Source: Rhodospirillales bacterium (GTDB lineage Bacteria > Pseudomonadota > Alphaproteobacteria > Rhodospirillales > JASLLZ01). Taken from it: a DNA stretch of 64,000 bases. The notes under the pieces are model-generated. The model was not told the origin of the DNA. It worked only from the letters and a program-made list of their open reading frames with translations, and did no database searches. Positions 10,671 to 21,328 of this stretch are shown piece after piece. The position numbers were made by a program, and so were the translations under genes. The first letter of the stretch is position 1. Every line of letters begins with the position of its first letter. The stretch covers positions 12,999-76,998 of the forward strand of contig JASLZL010000017.1 in NCBI GenBank assembly GCA_030754885.1. Direction: 5' to 3'.

Positions 10671-11762
10671 TTGATCCGTCCACTCACGATTTCAGCCATC
10701 GGTGTCGTCATCGTCGCGTCGGCCATCGGCTTGAATTACATGCTGTGGGAGGAGGAGGTCGAAAAGGGAGCTCCTCCCGATAAGGTTGCCCGTGGCGAAG
10801 CTCCGAAAGCCGCCGCGCCGAAGCCCGAGGTCACCGCTCCCAGTCCGGAGAAGAGCGCTCCGCCCAAGGCCGACACCCCGGCCGCGGTGAGCAAGAGCCC
10901 CGCTGAACCGGTCAAGCCAAAGACCGAGCCCCAGGCGCCCAGCTTCGACGTGGTCCGCATCAACCCGAAGGGCGATACCGTAATGGCGGGGCGTGCCGAA
11001 CCCGGCGAAATCGTCATCATCATGGATGCAGACAAGGAGATCGACCGTGTCACCGCCGATCAGCGCGGCGAGTGGGTGTTCATTCCCGAAAAGCCTCTGC
11101 CCCCGGGGAGCCGCCGCCTCAGCCTGGAAACGCTAGCCGAGGTCAAGGGGCCGAAGCGTTTGGAAGACGTTGTTGTCCTGCTGGTGCCGGAACCGGAAAA
11201 GGATATTGCCGGACGGTTAACCGAGAAGCCCACCCAGCCCTTGGCAATCAAGGTGCCGCGTAAGGGGGCCGGTCCGACCAAGGTATTGCAGAAACCGACA
11301 CCAGCCTCCCAGACATTTGTGCTAACCGTGGATGTAGTGGACTACGACGATTCCGGGCAATTGATTATCAGCGGCCAAGCCCCGACCAAGGCCATGGTGC
11401 AACTCTATCTTGATAGCCGCTTCATCGGGCGGAACCGTGCCGACGACGCGGGCGCCTGGACCCTGAATCCCGAGGCGCCAGTGGCACCCGGTCTCTACAC
11501 CCTGCGCGCCGATCAGGTGGACGCCGACGGAAAAGTTCTGGCACGCGTGTCGCTGCCATTCTCGCGCGCCGCCTTCCTTACCGCGATGGGACCGGGGACA
11601 TTCGTCGTTGTCCAGCCGGGCAACAGCCTATGGCGTCTGGCGCGGCGCACCTATGGCGACGGCTTCGGGTACTCGGTGATCTACGAGGCCAACCGCGAAC
11701 AAATCAAGGACCCCGACTTGATCTTCCCCGGACAGGTCTTCGCCCTCCCCGCCACCAACTGA
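10671..11762 (+). CDS. LysM peptidoglycan-binding protein with Ig-like domains
   Basis: N-terminal TM, Pro/Ala linker, PSFDVVRI, C-terminal [17 protein letters not shown]...[19 protein letters not shown]. Confidence 0.9.
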   Translation: MIRPLTISAIGVVIVASAIGLNYMLWEEEVEKGAPPDKVARGEAPKAAAPKPEVTAPSPEKSAPPKADTPAAVSKSPAEPVKPKTEPQAPSFDVVRINPKGDTVMAGRAEPGEIVIIMDADKEIDRVTADQRGEWVFIPEKPLPPGSRRLSLETLAEVKGPKRLEDVVVLLVPEPEKDIAGRLTEKPTQPLAIKVPRKGAGPTKVLQKPTPASQTFVLTVDVVDYDDSGQLIISGQAPTKAMVQLYLDSRFIGRNRADDAGAWTLNPEAPVAPGLYTLRADQVDADGKVLARVSLPFSRAAFLTAMGPGTFVVVQPGNSLWRLARRTYGDGFGYSVIYEANREQIKDPDLIFPGQVFALPATN

Positions 11763-11793
11763 TATTCTGGACAGCACCACGAATGGACGCCCC

Positions 11794-12480
11794 TTGCTGA
11801 GGACGATCTTGGTACCCATCAATCGCGCCGGATGGCCGTTCATCGGCCTGTTCGCCGGTGCCACGCTTCTAATCGCCTGGGTCGCCGAGCCCGCAATCTG
11901 GATTGGTGTCGTGCTGACCGCATGGTGCATCTATTTCTTCCGCGATCCCGACCGGGTCACACCGACCCGCGAAGGACTGATTGTCGCCTCTGCCGACGGC
12001 GTGATTCAGACCGTTGATACCGCGGTGCCGCCGACCGAACTGGACATGGGCCCCGAACCACGTTCACGCGTTTGCGTCTTCATGAACGTCTTCAACGTCC
12101 ACGTAAACCGCATCCCGTGTTCCGGCGTGATTGCCACTGTCGCCTATCGGCCGGGCCGCTTCTTCAACGCATCGTTGGACAAGGCCAGCGAGCACAACGA
12201 GCGCAACAGCCTGCGCGTCATCACCACCGACGGGCTGGATCTGGCCTGCGTTCAAATCGCCGGTCTCGTCGCGCGCCGTATCGTGTGCGACGTCACTCAG
12301 GACGAGAACGTTCTGACCGGCCAACGCATGGGCATCATCCGCTTTGGCAGCCGCGTCGACATTTACCTGCCGCCCGGGGTGACGCCCCTGGTCGGTGTCG
12401 GCCAGCATTCAGTCGCCGGGGAAACGGTTATTGCCGATCTGCGTTCCCAAGAATCAGCACGCGACGGAGAAATCCGTTAG
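11794..12480 (+). CDS. psd: Phosphatidylserine decarboxylase proenzyme
   Basis: [34 protein letters not shown] cleavage motif. Confidence 0.95.
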   Translation: MLRTILVPINRAGWPFIGLFAGATLLIAWVAEPAIWIGVVLTAWCIYFFRDPDRVTPTREGLIVASADGVIQTVDTAVPPTELDMGPEPRSRVCVFMNVFNVHVNRIPCSGVIATVAYRPGRFFNASLDKASEHNERNSLRVITTDGLDLACVQIAGLVARRIVCDVTQDENVLTGQRMGIIRFGSRVDIYLPPGVTPLVGVGQHSVAGETVIADLRSQESARDGEIR

Positions 12481-12491
12481 GATTGGGCGCC

Positions 12492-13322
12492 ATGGACCAA
12501 CCGCACAGCGAACGCCTGAGCCGACGAGACCGCCTCAAGGGACTTCCGTTCAACCGGATGATTCCCAACATCCTTACGTTACTGGCGCTTTGTGCCGGAA
12601 TGACCGCCATCCGCTATGGCCTTCAGGAACGGTGGGAGCATGCTGGCCTGGCGCTTCTGGTGGCGGCCATCTTGGACGGCCTCGACGGCCGCATCGCGCG
12701 CGTTCTCAAAGGCGCGAGCAAGTTCGGCGCCGAGCTCGATTCGCTCTCCGATTTCATCTGTTTCGGCGTGGCGCCGTCCTTGCTGCTCTACATGTGGACG
12801 CTGAGCGGCGCCGGTCGGATCGGCTGGGTGCTGGCACTTCTTTTCAGCGTTTGCTGTGTTCTCAGACTGGCCCGCTTCAACACCAACTTAGACGAGACCG
12901 ACCAGCCCGCCTGGACCTCCAACTTCTTTGCCGGCGTTCCAGCGCCGGCGGGGGGTGGCCTGGTCATGCTGCCCATGTTCTTGTCCTTCCACTTTGGCGA
13001 GGGTCTGTTCAAGCAACCGGCCATGGTGGCGGTGTTTGTCGTTGTCGTATCAGCGCTCATGGTAAGCCGCATCCCCACGTTCGCCTTTAAGAAGTTCCGC
13101 GTTGCCCCCCGCTGGATCCTACCCACCATGCTGCTGGTCGGTCTGTTCGCCGCGCTTCTGGTCAGCGCCCCATGGCTGACCATGGCGACAACCCTCATCC
13201 TCTACCTGGCCAGCATCCCGTTCAGCCTGAGGTCTTACCGCAAGTTCGAACAAGCGGATACCGACGGCCCGGACACGACGCCACCGGACGCCACCGAAGA
13301 GGCGCCAACGCCCAAGGCGTAA
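12492..13322 (+). CDS. pssA: CDP-diacylglycerol--serine O-phosphatidyltransferase
   Basis: DGLDGRIAR...SKFGAELDSLSD; LRLARFN; adjacent to psd. Confidence 0.93.
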   Translation: MDQPHSERLSRRDRLKGLPFNRMIPNILTLLALCAGMTAIRYGLQERWEHAGLALLVAAILDGLDGRIARVLKGASKFGAELDSLSDFICFGVAPSLLLYMWTLSGAGRIGWVLALLFSVCCVLRLARFNTNLDETDQPAWTSNFFAGVPAPAGGGLVMLPMFLSFHFGEGLFKQPAMVAVFVVVVSALMVSRIPTFAFKKFRVAPRWILPTMLLVGLFAALLVSAPWLTMATTLILYLASIPFSLRSYRKFEQADTDGPDTTPPDATEEAPTPKA

Positions 13323-13329
13323 AGCTCGT

Positions 13330-16300
13330 TCAAATGTTGATGATGCTGGGTTCTCGTCGGCGCCAGGCCGCCAAATTGGCGCGCAGCATGAGGGCCGAGG
13401 GCGTTACGATCAGGGTCAGCAGGGTAGCAAATCCGAGACCGAAAACGACGGCTGTCGAGAGCTGCGTCCACCACTGCGACGACGGCGCGCCGGTGCTAAC
13501 CTGACGGGTGACAAAATCGATGTTCACGCCTAGGACCATGGGCATCAAACCAAGCATGGTGGTCACCGTGGTCAGCAACACCGGGCGCATACGCTGTACA
13601 CCGGCGCGCAGAATGGCGTCGAGGGGTTCTCGACCCGCTTCCACCAGGCGATCGAAGGTATCGATGAGGACGATGTTATTGTTGACCACGATGCCGGCCA
13701 GGGCGATCACGCCGACACCGCTCATAACGATGCCGAAGGGCTGACCGGTGATGAGAAGGCCGATTAGGACCCCGATGGTGGACATGACGACCGCGGTGAG
13801 AATGAGGACCGCTGAATAGAAGCGATTGAACTGGGTAACCAATATGATGGCCATGATGAACAGCGCCACCGCGAAGGCCTTGACCAGGAACGCCTCGGCC
13901 TTCTCCTGTTCTTCGTTCTCGCCTTTGAACATGACCTTGACGCGGGGATCGAGATCGGCGCCGCTGAGCCATGTCTGAAGCTCGCGCACCATGTCATCGG
14001 CCAATACGCCGTCAGCCACATCGGCCTTGATGGTCATCACTCGCTTGCTATCGACGCGGTTGATGGTGCCAACCCTGGGCTTGGCCGAGCGGCTAACGAA
14101 ATTTCCGATGGGGACGCGGCCTTTCTCGGTGGTGATGCGCAGTCCGTCCAGTCGATCGATGGTCCGCAAGGCACTTGGGTAGCGTACGCGGATATCGACC
14201 TCGTCGTCGCTATCGTCGGGCCGGTATTCCCCCAACTTAAAGCCGGTCGTCGCTAAACGCACAGCGAGTCCGATCAGGTTGACGTCGGCGCCAAACTTGG
14301 CCGCCTGGGCACGATCCACCCGGATCTCCCAATCGATGCCGGGGAGCGGCCGAGAATCCTCAATGTTGACGAGGCCGGGAAGACCGGCGAACCCGGCCCG
14401 CACCGTCTCGACCGCAGGTGCCAAGAGTCGCGGATCCGGAGCGCTGAGTTGTATCTGGACCGGCTTGCCGACGGGCGGTCCGTTTTCTTGCTGTCGCTCG
14501 TCGATAATAATGCCGGCGAGATCGGCGGTTCGCCGTTCTATCTCGGCCAGGATAGCGCGGGCCGGCCGGCGATGCTGCCAATCGGCAAGCTCCAGCGCAA
14601 TGGTGCCGATGATATCTTCGGCCTCCTGGCTGTTTTCCTGCTTGCCCGTGCGCGTATAGACGCTATCGAACTCGGTCATGTCGAGGATGCGCTTCTCGAC
14701 CTGGCGCACCAAGGCGTCCTTTTCATCGACCGAAAGGTTGCCGCGGGCGCGCACTTGCAACATGGCGTGTTCGGGCTCTACTTCGGGAAAGAACTCGATG
14801 CCGTTGCCATGGGCGGCGTAATACCACTGCACTCCGACCAGGAGTGTCAGGGCAGCGAGGAGAACCTTGGTCGGATGGCGCAAGGCGACGCCTAGAAGGA
14901 TTAGGTATTTTCCCGTCAAGCCGCCGATATCGGAAAGCAGGCCTGTCTCGGCGGCGGCCAGTGACTTCACGGTGGTCGAGTCTTTCGTCCCTGGACGGCC
15001 GACGTAGGCGCCGAGCGTGGGGACGAAGACCAAGGCCATGAGCAACGATGCCGCGAGGGTCGCAATCAGGGTAATGGGTAGGTACTTCATGAACTCACCG
15101 ACCACGCCGGGCCAGAACAACAGCGGCATGAAGGCAGCTAGTGTGGTCGCCGTCGACGCGATGATCGGCCAGGCCATCCGCTTGGCGGCAACGGCGTAGG
15201 CCTCGCCACGGTGTAGGCCCTCGGCCATCTTGCGGTCGGCAAGCTCGGTCACCACGATGGCTCCGTCGACCAGCATGCCAACCGCCAGGATGAGGCTGAA
15301 CAGGACGACGATATTGATGGTGAGGCCGAGGGCCACCAGGACCAGGATACCGGTGAGAAACGAACCCGGGATAGCAACGCCGACCAAACCCGCCGAGCGC
15401 CAGCCCAAGGTCGCCACGACCACGATCATGACCAGCAGGACGGCGCTGATGACGTTGTTTTGCAGGTCCTTCAACATGGTCCGGATGTCGCTCGACTTGT
15501 CTTGGGCATAGGTTACCCGCACCGCGCCCTTAAGCGTCTCGGGCCAAGTGGCCCGTTCCGCCTCGACCACGTCGCGCACACTCTCAATGGTCTCGATGAT
15601 GTTGGTTCCCGCCCGCTTCGATACTTCGAGCGCGACAGCAGGACGCCCATTGACCCGGGCGAAGCCGGACGCGTCCTTAAAAGTACGCCGGATGTCGGCG
15701 ATGTCGCCGACACGCACCACGGCATCGCCCTTGACCACCAAAGGCATGGCCATGATGTCGCGCACGTCTTCGAACAGGCCGGGAACCTTGACAGCGAAGC
15801 GCCCGCGGCCGGTATCCTGAGTGCCGGCCGGGACCAAAAGGTTGTTGCGCCCGGCGGCGGCAATGGCGTCTTCGCTGGAAAGGCCATAGCTCTCCACCTT
15901 GACCGGATCGACGATGACCTCGGCCAGGTCGTCCCGGCTTCCCGCCAGCTCCGCCTTAAGCACGTTGGAAAGCCCCTCAATGTCGTCGCGCAAGTCGCGT
16001 GCCAGGCGAAACAAGGTCCTCTCCGGGACCTCACCCGACAGGATCACGACGATGATCGGAAAGAGGCTGAAATTAACCTCGTGCACTGTCGGCTCCTCGG
16101 TGCCGTCGGGCAAGTCGGGTCTGGCCAAATCAACCTTCTCGCGCACGTCTTGCAGGGCCGTGTCGGCATCGAAGCCGGCCTCGAATTCAAGCACCACGCT
16201 GGCGCCCCCCTCATAGCCCGAAGAGCGCATCTCCTTAACGCCCTCAATCGCCTTGAGCTCCTTTTCCATGGGCCGGATCAAGAGGCGCTCCGCATCCTCG

Positions 16301-16470
16301 GGCGAGATACCCTCGAAGGCCATCTTCACGTAGAGAATAGGGATGTTGATATCGGGATCGGATTCCTTGGGAATCTCCTTGTAGGCGACGGAGCCGGCGA
16401 TGAGGATTAGCACCAAGGTCGCGATGACCATGCGCGAGCGGCCGATGGCGGCGTCGATGATCCCCTTCAC
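13330..16470 (-). CDS. RND efflux permease (AcrB/D/F family)
   Basis: About 1046 aa; GMLVDGAIVV, GIVVNNNIVLID, RMRPVLLT motifs. Confidence 0.95.
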   Translation of the reverse strand: MKGIIDAAIGRSRMVIATLVLILIAGSVAYKEIPKESDPDINIPILYVKMAFEGISPEDAERLLIRPMEKELKAIEGVKEMRSSGYEGGASVVLEFEAGFDADTALQDVREKVDLARPDLPDGTEEPTVHEVNFSLFPIIVVILSGEVPERTLFRLARDLRDDIEGLSNVLKAELAGSRDDLAEVIVDPVKVESYGLSSEDAIAAAGRNNLLVPAGTQDTGRGRFAVKVPGLFEDVRDIMAMPLVVKGDAVVRVGDIADIRRTFKDASGFARVNGRPAVALEVSKRAGTNIIETIESVRDVVEAERATWPETLKGAVRVTYAQDKSSDIRTMLKDLQNNVISAVLLVMIVVVATLGWRSAGLVGVAIPGSFLTGILVLVALGLTINIVVLFSLILAVGMLVDGAIVVTELADRKMAEGLHRGEAYAVAAKRMAWPIIASTATTLAAFMPLLFWPGVVGEFMKYLPITLIATLAASLLMALVFVPTLGAYVGRPGTKDSTTVKSLAAAETGLLSDIGGLTGKYLILLGVALRHPTKVLLAALTLLVGVQWYYAAHGNGIEFFPEVEPEHAMLQVRARGNLSVDEKDALVRQVEKRILDMTEFDSVYTRTGKQENSQEAEDIIGTIALELADWQHRRPARAILAEIERRTADLAGIIIDERQQENGPPVGKPVQIQLSAPDPRLLAPAVETVRAGFAGLPGLVNIEDSRPLPGIDWEIRVDRAQAAKFGADVNLIGLAVRLATTGFKLGEYRPDDSDDEVDIRVRYPSALRTIDRLDGLRITTEKGRVPIGNFVSRSAKPRVGTINRVDSKRVMTIKADVADGVLADDMVRELQTWLSGADLDPRVKVMFKGENEEQEKAEAFLVKAFAVALFIMAIILVTQFNRFYSAVLILTAVVMSTIGVLIGLLITGQPFGIVMSGVGVIALAGIVVNNNIVLIDTFDRLVEAGREPLDAILRAGVQRMRPVLLTTVTTMLGLMPMVLGVNIDFVTRQVSTGAPSSQWWTQLSTAVVFGLGFATLLTLIVTPSALMLRANLAAWRRREPSIINI

Positions 16471-17582
16471 GACGTTTCTTCCCCCGCCGTCCGGACTTGC
16501 GAGCCGGAGTCTCCGCCCTCGGGTTCCGGCCGTACTCTCTGGCCGGTGCGTACGAACTCCTGCCCCACGGTAATCAGGGTGACATGATCGGGTAGCCCCG
16601 TCAGCCATGCGCCCTCGGTGCCGTCTGCAATCAGGTGCACCGGGTGAAACACCACCCGGCCGCCGGCGTCCACCGCCTTGACGCCGACCACGCCCTGGTC
16701 GGAGAGCGTGAGAACCGCCGGCGAAACATGGTGGGCACGCACCCGCGCCGTCGGCAGGCGCAGTTCCGTCGTCAATCCCTCAGCGACGGCAGAGCCTGGG
16801 TTGGGGACTGCCACCTCGACCCGAAAAGTGCGCGTAGCGTCGTCGCCCATGCGCGAGACGTAACGCACCCGCCCTTCCAGCCGCTGGCCGGTGACCAACC
16901 GCGCCCATGCCTTGGCGCCGACGTCGATACGCGCCACGTCGCGTTCCGAGACCGAGCCGACGACTAAAATGGGATCGAGATCGACCATGCGGGCAACCAC
17001 GGTGCCAATGGCGACGTAATCGCCGACTTCGGTCGGCCGGTCGTCGAGGACGCCGTCGAAGGGGGCGCGGATGACGGTATGGGCGATGTCCGTCTGGATG
17101 CGCGCCAGGGCGGCCTTGGCCGCCTCCAGCTTGGCATTGGCCTCGGCCAGCTGGACCTTGGACCGGAACTCCTTGAGCGACAGTCGGCGCGCCGCGTCGA
17201 AAGCGATGCGTTCGTGCGCAAGCCGCGCCTTGGCTTCCTCAAGGCGGGCCTGGCGATCGTCCAGGGTCAGGCGGACGATGACGCCGCCTTTGCCGAGGGT
17301 TTGGCCTTTGGCGGCCCCAACGGCGACCACCCGGCCCCCTGTCTCTGCCTTAATGTCGACTTGGCGTTCCGCCTCAGTGCGGCCGAAAAGCACCAGTTCG
17401 TTGACCGTCTCGCGGGCGGTAGAGGCGCGTACCCTTACGCGCGGCAAGGGTGGGGTGGTCCCCGTATCCGACGCCGCCGACGACGGCCGGTGCGGGGAAT
17501 TGGCACCGTCCAACTGACCCGACACGATCCATCCGGCAACGCCGAGGCTAAGCGCGGCGGCGATGATGTAAGAACGCCTCAT
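16467..17582 (-). CDS. RND efflux membrane-fusion (periplasmic adaptor) protein
   Basis: N-terminal TM; IRAPFDGV; ATRTFRVE; overlaps permease start. Confidence 0.93.
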   Translation of the reverse strand: MRRSYIIAAALSLGVAGWIVSGQLDGANSPHRPSSAASDTGTTPPLPRVRVRASTARETVNELVLFGRTEAERQVDIKAETGGRVVAVGAAKGQTLGKGGVIVRLTLDDRQARLEEAKARLAHERIAFDAARRLSLKEFRSKVQLAEANAKLEAAKAALARIQTDIAHTVIRAPFDGVLDDRPTEVGDYVAIGTVVARMVDLDPILVVGSVSERDVARIDVGAKAWARLVTGQRLEGRVRYVSRMGDDATRTFRVEVAVPNPGSAVAEGLTTELRLPTARVRAHHVSPAVLTLSDQGVVGVKAVDAGGRVVFHPVHLIADGTEGAWLTGLPDHVTLITVGQEFVRTGQRVRPEPEGGDSGSQVRTAGEETS

Positions 17583-18127
17583 TTTCTGGCACCCGTCTTC
17601 AGAGCCGGGTCCGCCACTTCGTCGAACAGAAGATCGCGGTTGTTCTCCATGTACTCGATGGCCGCCCGGTAGATGGCCAAGCCGAAGCCGCAAACAAATC
17701 TTCGATCGCCAGGCAGTTCCGATAGATCGATCTCCGCCATGTAGCTCACTCGCTCGGCGAAGGTTCCGAGGTATTGTTCAAAGACCCGGCGCCGCTGCAC
17801 ATCTTCCAGAAGGTGGCCGAAGAAAAGCATGAACAGGCATTCCGAACGCAGCGTGTCGCGGGACGGCTCCTTGCCCAGGGCATCGCGGAAGGCCGACATG
17901 CCCGCCGGAGCGATGCGATAGACCTTTTTGGGTGGCCGCCCGGCCTGGGTTTCCTCAGTGCAAGTCACAAAGCCCTCGGCACTCAGTCTGTTGAGGGCCG
18001 GGTAGATGGAGCCGAAGCCGGCGGCGTGGAAGTGGGCGAACGGTCCGTCTTCAAAAGCTTTCTTGATCTCATATCCACTGGCTTCACCGAGTGTCAGCAC
18101 TCCGAGGCACAAGGTCTTCACATCCAT
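17579..18127 (-). CDS. PadR-family transcriptional regulator
   Basis: SGYEIKK, GSIYPALNRL, RPPKKVYRI. Confidence 0.93.
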   Translation of the reverse strand: MDVKTLCLGVLTLGEASGYEIKKAFEDGPFAHFHAAGFGSIYPALNRLSAEGFVTCTEETQAGRPPKKVYRIAPAGMSAFRDALGKEPSRDTLRSECLFMLFFGHLLEDVQRRRVFEQYLGTFAERVSYMAEIDLSELPGDRRFVCGFGLAIYRAAIEYMENNRDLLFDEVADPALKTGARK

Positions 18128-18158
18128 GACGGCGGTCCCTCTAACGAGCGAATTTGGA

Positions 18159-18222
18159 ATATGTCTAATTGATATATGACGATACTATATATATAGAACC
18201 GATATATATCGAGTCAATATAT
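18159..18222. promoter_or_regulatory. Tandem ATATATC-N5-GATATAT-like boxes, putative PadR operator
   Basis: Imperfect palindromes at 18159-18177, 18189-18207 and 18204-18222 (weaker at 18172-18190) just upstream of padR. Confidence 0.6.
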
Positions 18223-18305
18223 TTCACAGCAGGTCAGGCATGCGCGGAACGCATGGATATAGCCATCGTCGCCCGATCAGCGGCAGCGATTGTATCCGGC
18301 TTTGG

Positions 18306-20411
18306 CTAGGCCCCGACTTGGTCTGGAGCTTCAGAGGTAAGGCTGATTACCGGCGCCACCCCGCGCAGTTCGTCCAGGTGGATGTGGCAGGCGATAATAT
18401 GGCGGTCGCGGTTTTGGCGCTGGGGCGGCGGCTCTTTGTCGCAGATATCGCCCAGCCGGCGCGGACAGCGGGTGGCAAAGGGACAGCCCTTTGGCGTCTC
18501 GAAGGCGCTGGGGATATTGCCTTCCAGCACGATACGCCGTTTTTCAACCGCCGGGTCGGCGATCGGAACGGCGGACAGCAGGGCCTCCGTATACGGATGA
18601 TAGGGCGGGCCGAAGACCTCTTCGGTCGTGCCTCTTTCCATAATCCGTCCCAAGTACATGACGACGACGCGGTCGGCAAGGTAGCGCACCGCGCTCAGGT
18701 CATGAGAGATGAACAAAAGCGTCGTCTGGTGTTCGCGCTGGATGTCCACCAACAGTTCCGTAACCGCCGCCGCTACCGAGACGTCGAGGGCGGAGATAGG
18801 CTCGTCGGCGATGACCATGGACGGGTTGCCAGCAAAGGCGCGGGCGATGCCGACGCGCTGCTTCTGGCCGCCCGAAAGCTGGCGCGGACGACGCAAGGCG
18901 AAGTCGCGCGGCAGCTTGACCAGGTCAAGGAGGCGCAGCATCCGATCTTGGATCTTGTGCTTGTCGGACTCGACGCCGAACTTCTTGATAACGCGGGAAA
19001 TCTGGCCGCCGATGGTGTGGCTCGGGTTGAGGGTGTCGTTGGGGTTCTGGAAGACCATCTGCACCGAGCCGAGTTGCTTGGGCGAACGTTCGCGCACCGG
19101 CATGTCGCCGATGTCCTGGCCGTCGAGCCGCACCTCGCCGTCGGTGCAGCATTCAAGACCCATCAGTACCTTGGCGAAGGTCGACTTGCCGCAACCCGAT
19201 TCGCCGACAATGCCGAGCGTCTCGCCCCGCCGGGCAGAAAAGCTCAGAGTCTCGTTAGCCTTGACGTAGCGGATGCCGTCGCCCGAGATCATGGCCCCGA
19301 TGGAACGATCATGGACCTCGTAATACTTCTGCATGCCGACGACATCGAGCACCTTTTCGCCGTATTCGACCGGCGGTTTGCCGTCGGCCTTGGCAATCAA
19401 TTGGTCGGGGTCGATGTCCCGCCAGCGGACACAGCGGACCCGATGGCGGGGATCGTCGTCGGTGTCCACGTACTCGGCACCGATGTCGCCGGCGTCGCAA
19501 AGCCCCGATTCGAAGAAGTCGCACCGGGGGCCAAAGTTGCATCCCGGCGGCCGTTCGTGGGGCAGCGGAAGTTGCCCTTGGATAGCAACCAAGGGGCGCG
19601 CATTTTTGTCGGCATGAGGCAAGGGGATGCAACCAAAAAGACCGTGGGTGTAAGGATGCTTGGGCCAGGTGAAGATGGAATCGATGGTCCCCTCCTCAAT
19701 CACCTCGCCCGAATACATGACGCCGATGCGGTCGCAGACCTCGAGCATGAGACCAAGGTTGTGGGAGATATAAAGGAGCGCGCTGCCGAACTTGTGGCTG
19801 AGCTCTGCGATCAAGGTGACGATGCCTGCCTCGACGGTGACATCGAGGGCCGTCGTTGGTTCGTCCAGCAAAAGGAGCGCCGGCTTGGACAACAACGCCA
19901 TCGCGATAACAACCCGCTGCTGCTGTCCACCGGAAAGCTGATGGGGATAGGCTTGGAGGATTCGCTCCGGGTCCGGCAGGTGCACGTCGTCAAGCATTTG
20001 GAGAGCACGAGACCGCGCGTCGGCGGCGCTTACATTCTCGTGCACCATGGGCACTTCCATGAGCTGGGTGCCGATGGTCAGGCTGGGATTGAGCGCCGCC
20101 ATGGGCTCTTGATAGATCATGGCAATTTCCGAGCCCCGGAGTTGGCGCAACTCGTCGGCGCTCAGGGTGGCGAGGTCGCGGCCCTTGAACGAAACACTGC
20201 CGCCGACGATATCGCCGTTGTTGCCCAGGTAGCGCATGATGGCCAGAGCCACGGTCGACTTGCCGCAACCCGATTCGCCAACCAGGCCGACGCTTTCCCC
20301 CGCCTTCAGGGAAAGCGAGAAATCCTTAATCGCAGGGATCTCTCCAGCGCGGGTGAAATAAGAAACACAGAGCCCCTTGATATCGAGCAGCGGCGTCAAG
20401 TTGTCTGACAT
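18306..20411 (-). CDS. Peptide/nickel ABC transporter ATP-binding protein (fused DppD-DppF)
   Basis: Two GESGCGKST Walker A motifs, two LSGGQ signatures, two oligo_HPY regions. Confidence 0.95.
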   Translation of the reverse strand: MSDNLTPLLDIKGLCVSYFTRAGEIPAIKDFSLSLKAGESVGLVGESGCGKSTVALAIMRYLGNNGDIVGGSVSFKGRDLATLSADELRQLRGSEIAMIYQEPMAALNPSLTIGTQLMEVPMVHENVSAADARSRALQMLDDVHLPDPERILQAYPHQLSGGQQQRVVIAMALLSKPALLLLDEPTTALDVTVEAGIVTLIAELSHKFGSALLYISHNLGLMLEVCDRIGVMYSGEVIEEGTIDSIFTWPKHPYTHGLFGCIPLPHADKNARPLVAIQGQLPLPHERPPGCNFGPRCDFFESGLCDAGDIGAEYVDTDDDPRHRVRCVRWRDIDPDQLIAKADGKPPVEYGEKVLDVVGMQKYYEVHDRSIGAMISGDGIRYVKANETLSFSARRGETLGIVGESGCGKSTFAKVLMGLECCTDGEVRLDGQDIGDMPVRERSPKQLGSVQMVFQNPNDTLNPSHTIGGQISRVIKKFGVESDKHKIQDRMLRLLDLVKLPRDFALRRPRQLSGGQKQRVGIARAFAGNPSMVIADEPISALDVSVAAAVTELLVDIQREHQTTLLFISHDLSAVRYLADRVVVMYLGRIMERGTTEEVFGPPYHPYTEALLSAVPIADPAVEKRRIVLEGNIPSAFETPKGCPFATRCPRRLGDICDKEPPPQRQNRDRHIIACHIHLDELRGVAPVISLTSEAPDQVGA

Positions 20412-20421
20412 GTTGTCCCTT

Positions 20422-21315
20422 CTAATCTCTCAATGAGATCTCGCGCAGCCCGTCGGCCAGCAGGTTGAAGCCCAGGATCAGGGACGAGATGGCGACGCAG
20501 GGGAATACGGACATGTGGGGAAAGGCGAGGGCCATCTGCCGGGTCTCGTTGATCATGCCGCCCCAGTCGGGGTCCGGCGGCGGAAGCCCAAGTCCGAGGA
20601 ACCCCAGTACCCCGATGGTGATGATGACGTAACCCAATCTCAAACAGGCATCGACGATCAACGGTCCGCGGGCGTTGGGCAAGATCTCCACCAGCATGAT
20701 TTGCCACGAGCTTTCACCGCGGGTTTGGGCGGCGGCCACGTAGTCGCGATTACGCAGGTCCAGCACCAGGCCGCGGACGATGCGGAAGATGCCCGGCGCG
20801 CTGGCGAAGGTGATGGCGACGATGATGTTGAGGGCCGAGGCGCCGATGGTGGCGATGATGATGATGTAAAGGACCAGCACCGGGAACGACAAGATGATGT
20901 CGGCGAGGCGCGAAAGCAATTCGTCGATCCAGCCGCGAAAGTAGCCGGCGGCGAGGCCCATGACGATGCCCACCGTGTAGGCGCAGATGGTGGCCAGCGG
21001 CGCATAGAGGAGAACCGCTCGCGAACCCCAGATGATGCGCGACAGGATGTCGCGGCCGATGTGGTCGGTGCCGAGCCAGAAGATTCCCCCCTTGGTGAAC
21101 GCCACGCCCGGCTTGGCGAACGGCTGCAAGGTGGCATTGGGCTCGAAAGGCGCGATGACGGGGGCGGCGAGGGCGACCACGATCCAAAACACGACTAGGC
21201 CGGTGCCGATCATGCCGACCCAGCTTTCCCTGATCAGGGCGAAAGACTTGAGGGCGCGCATGAACGCGGCACCGGGCGTGGGCGCCGGTGTGATGGTGCG
21301 GACGATGTCGGTCAT
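20422..21315 (-). CDS. Peptide ABC transporter permease (DppC-like)
   Basis: WLGTDHIGRDILSR; EILPNA; LGFLGLGLPPP.PDWG. Confidence 0.93.
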   Translation of the reverse strand: MTDIVRTITPAPTPGAAFMRALKSFALIRESWVGMIGTGLVVFWIVVALAAPVIAPFEPNATLQPFAKPGVAFTKGGIFWLGTDHIGRDILSRIIWGSRAVLLYAPLATICAYTVGIVMGLAAGYFRGWIDELLSRLADIILSFPVLVLYIIIIATIGASALNIIVAITFASAPGIFRIVRGLVLDLRNRDYVAAAQTRGESSWQIMLVEILPNARGPLIVDACLRLGYVIITIGVLGFLGLGLPPPDPDWGGMINETRQMALAFPHMSVFPCVAISSLILGFNLLADGLREISLRD

Positions 21316-21328
21316 ATTCCCACCCCCC

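Noticed and set aside
18240-20408. 722-aa plus-strand ORF
   Set aside because: Exact antisense shadow of the ABC ATPase; high GC3 suppresses stops on the opposite strand; no recognisable motifs.
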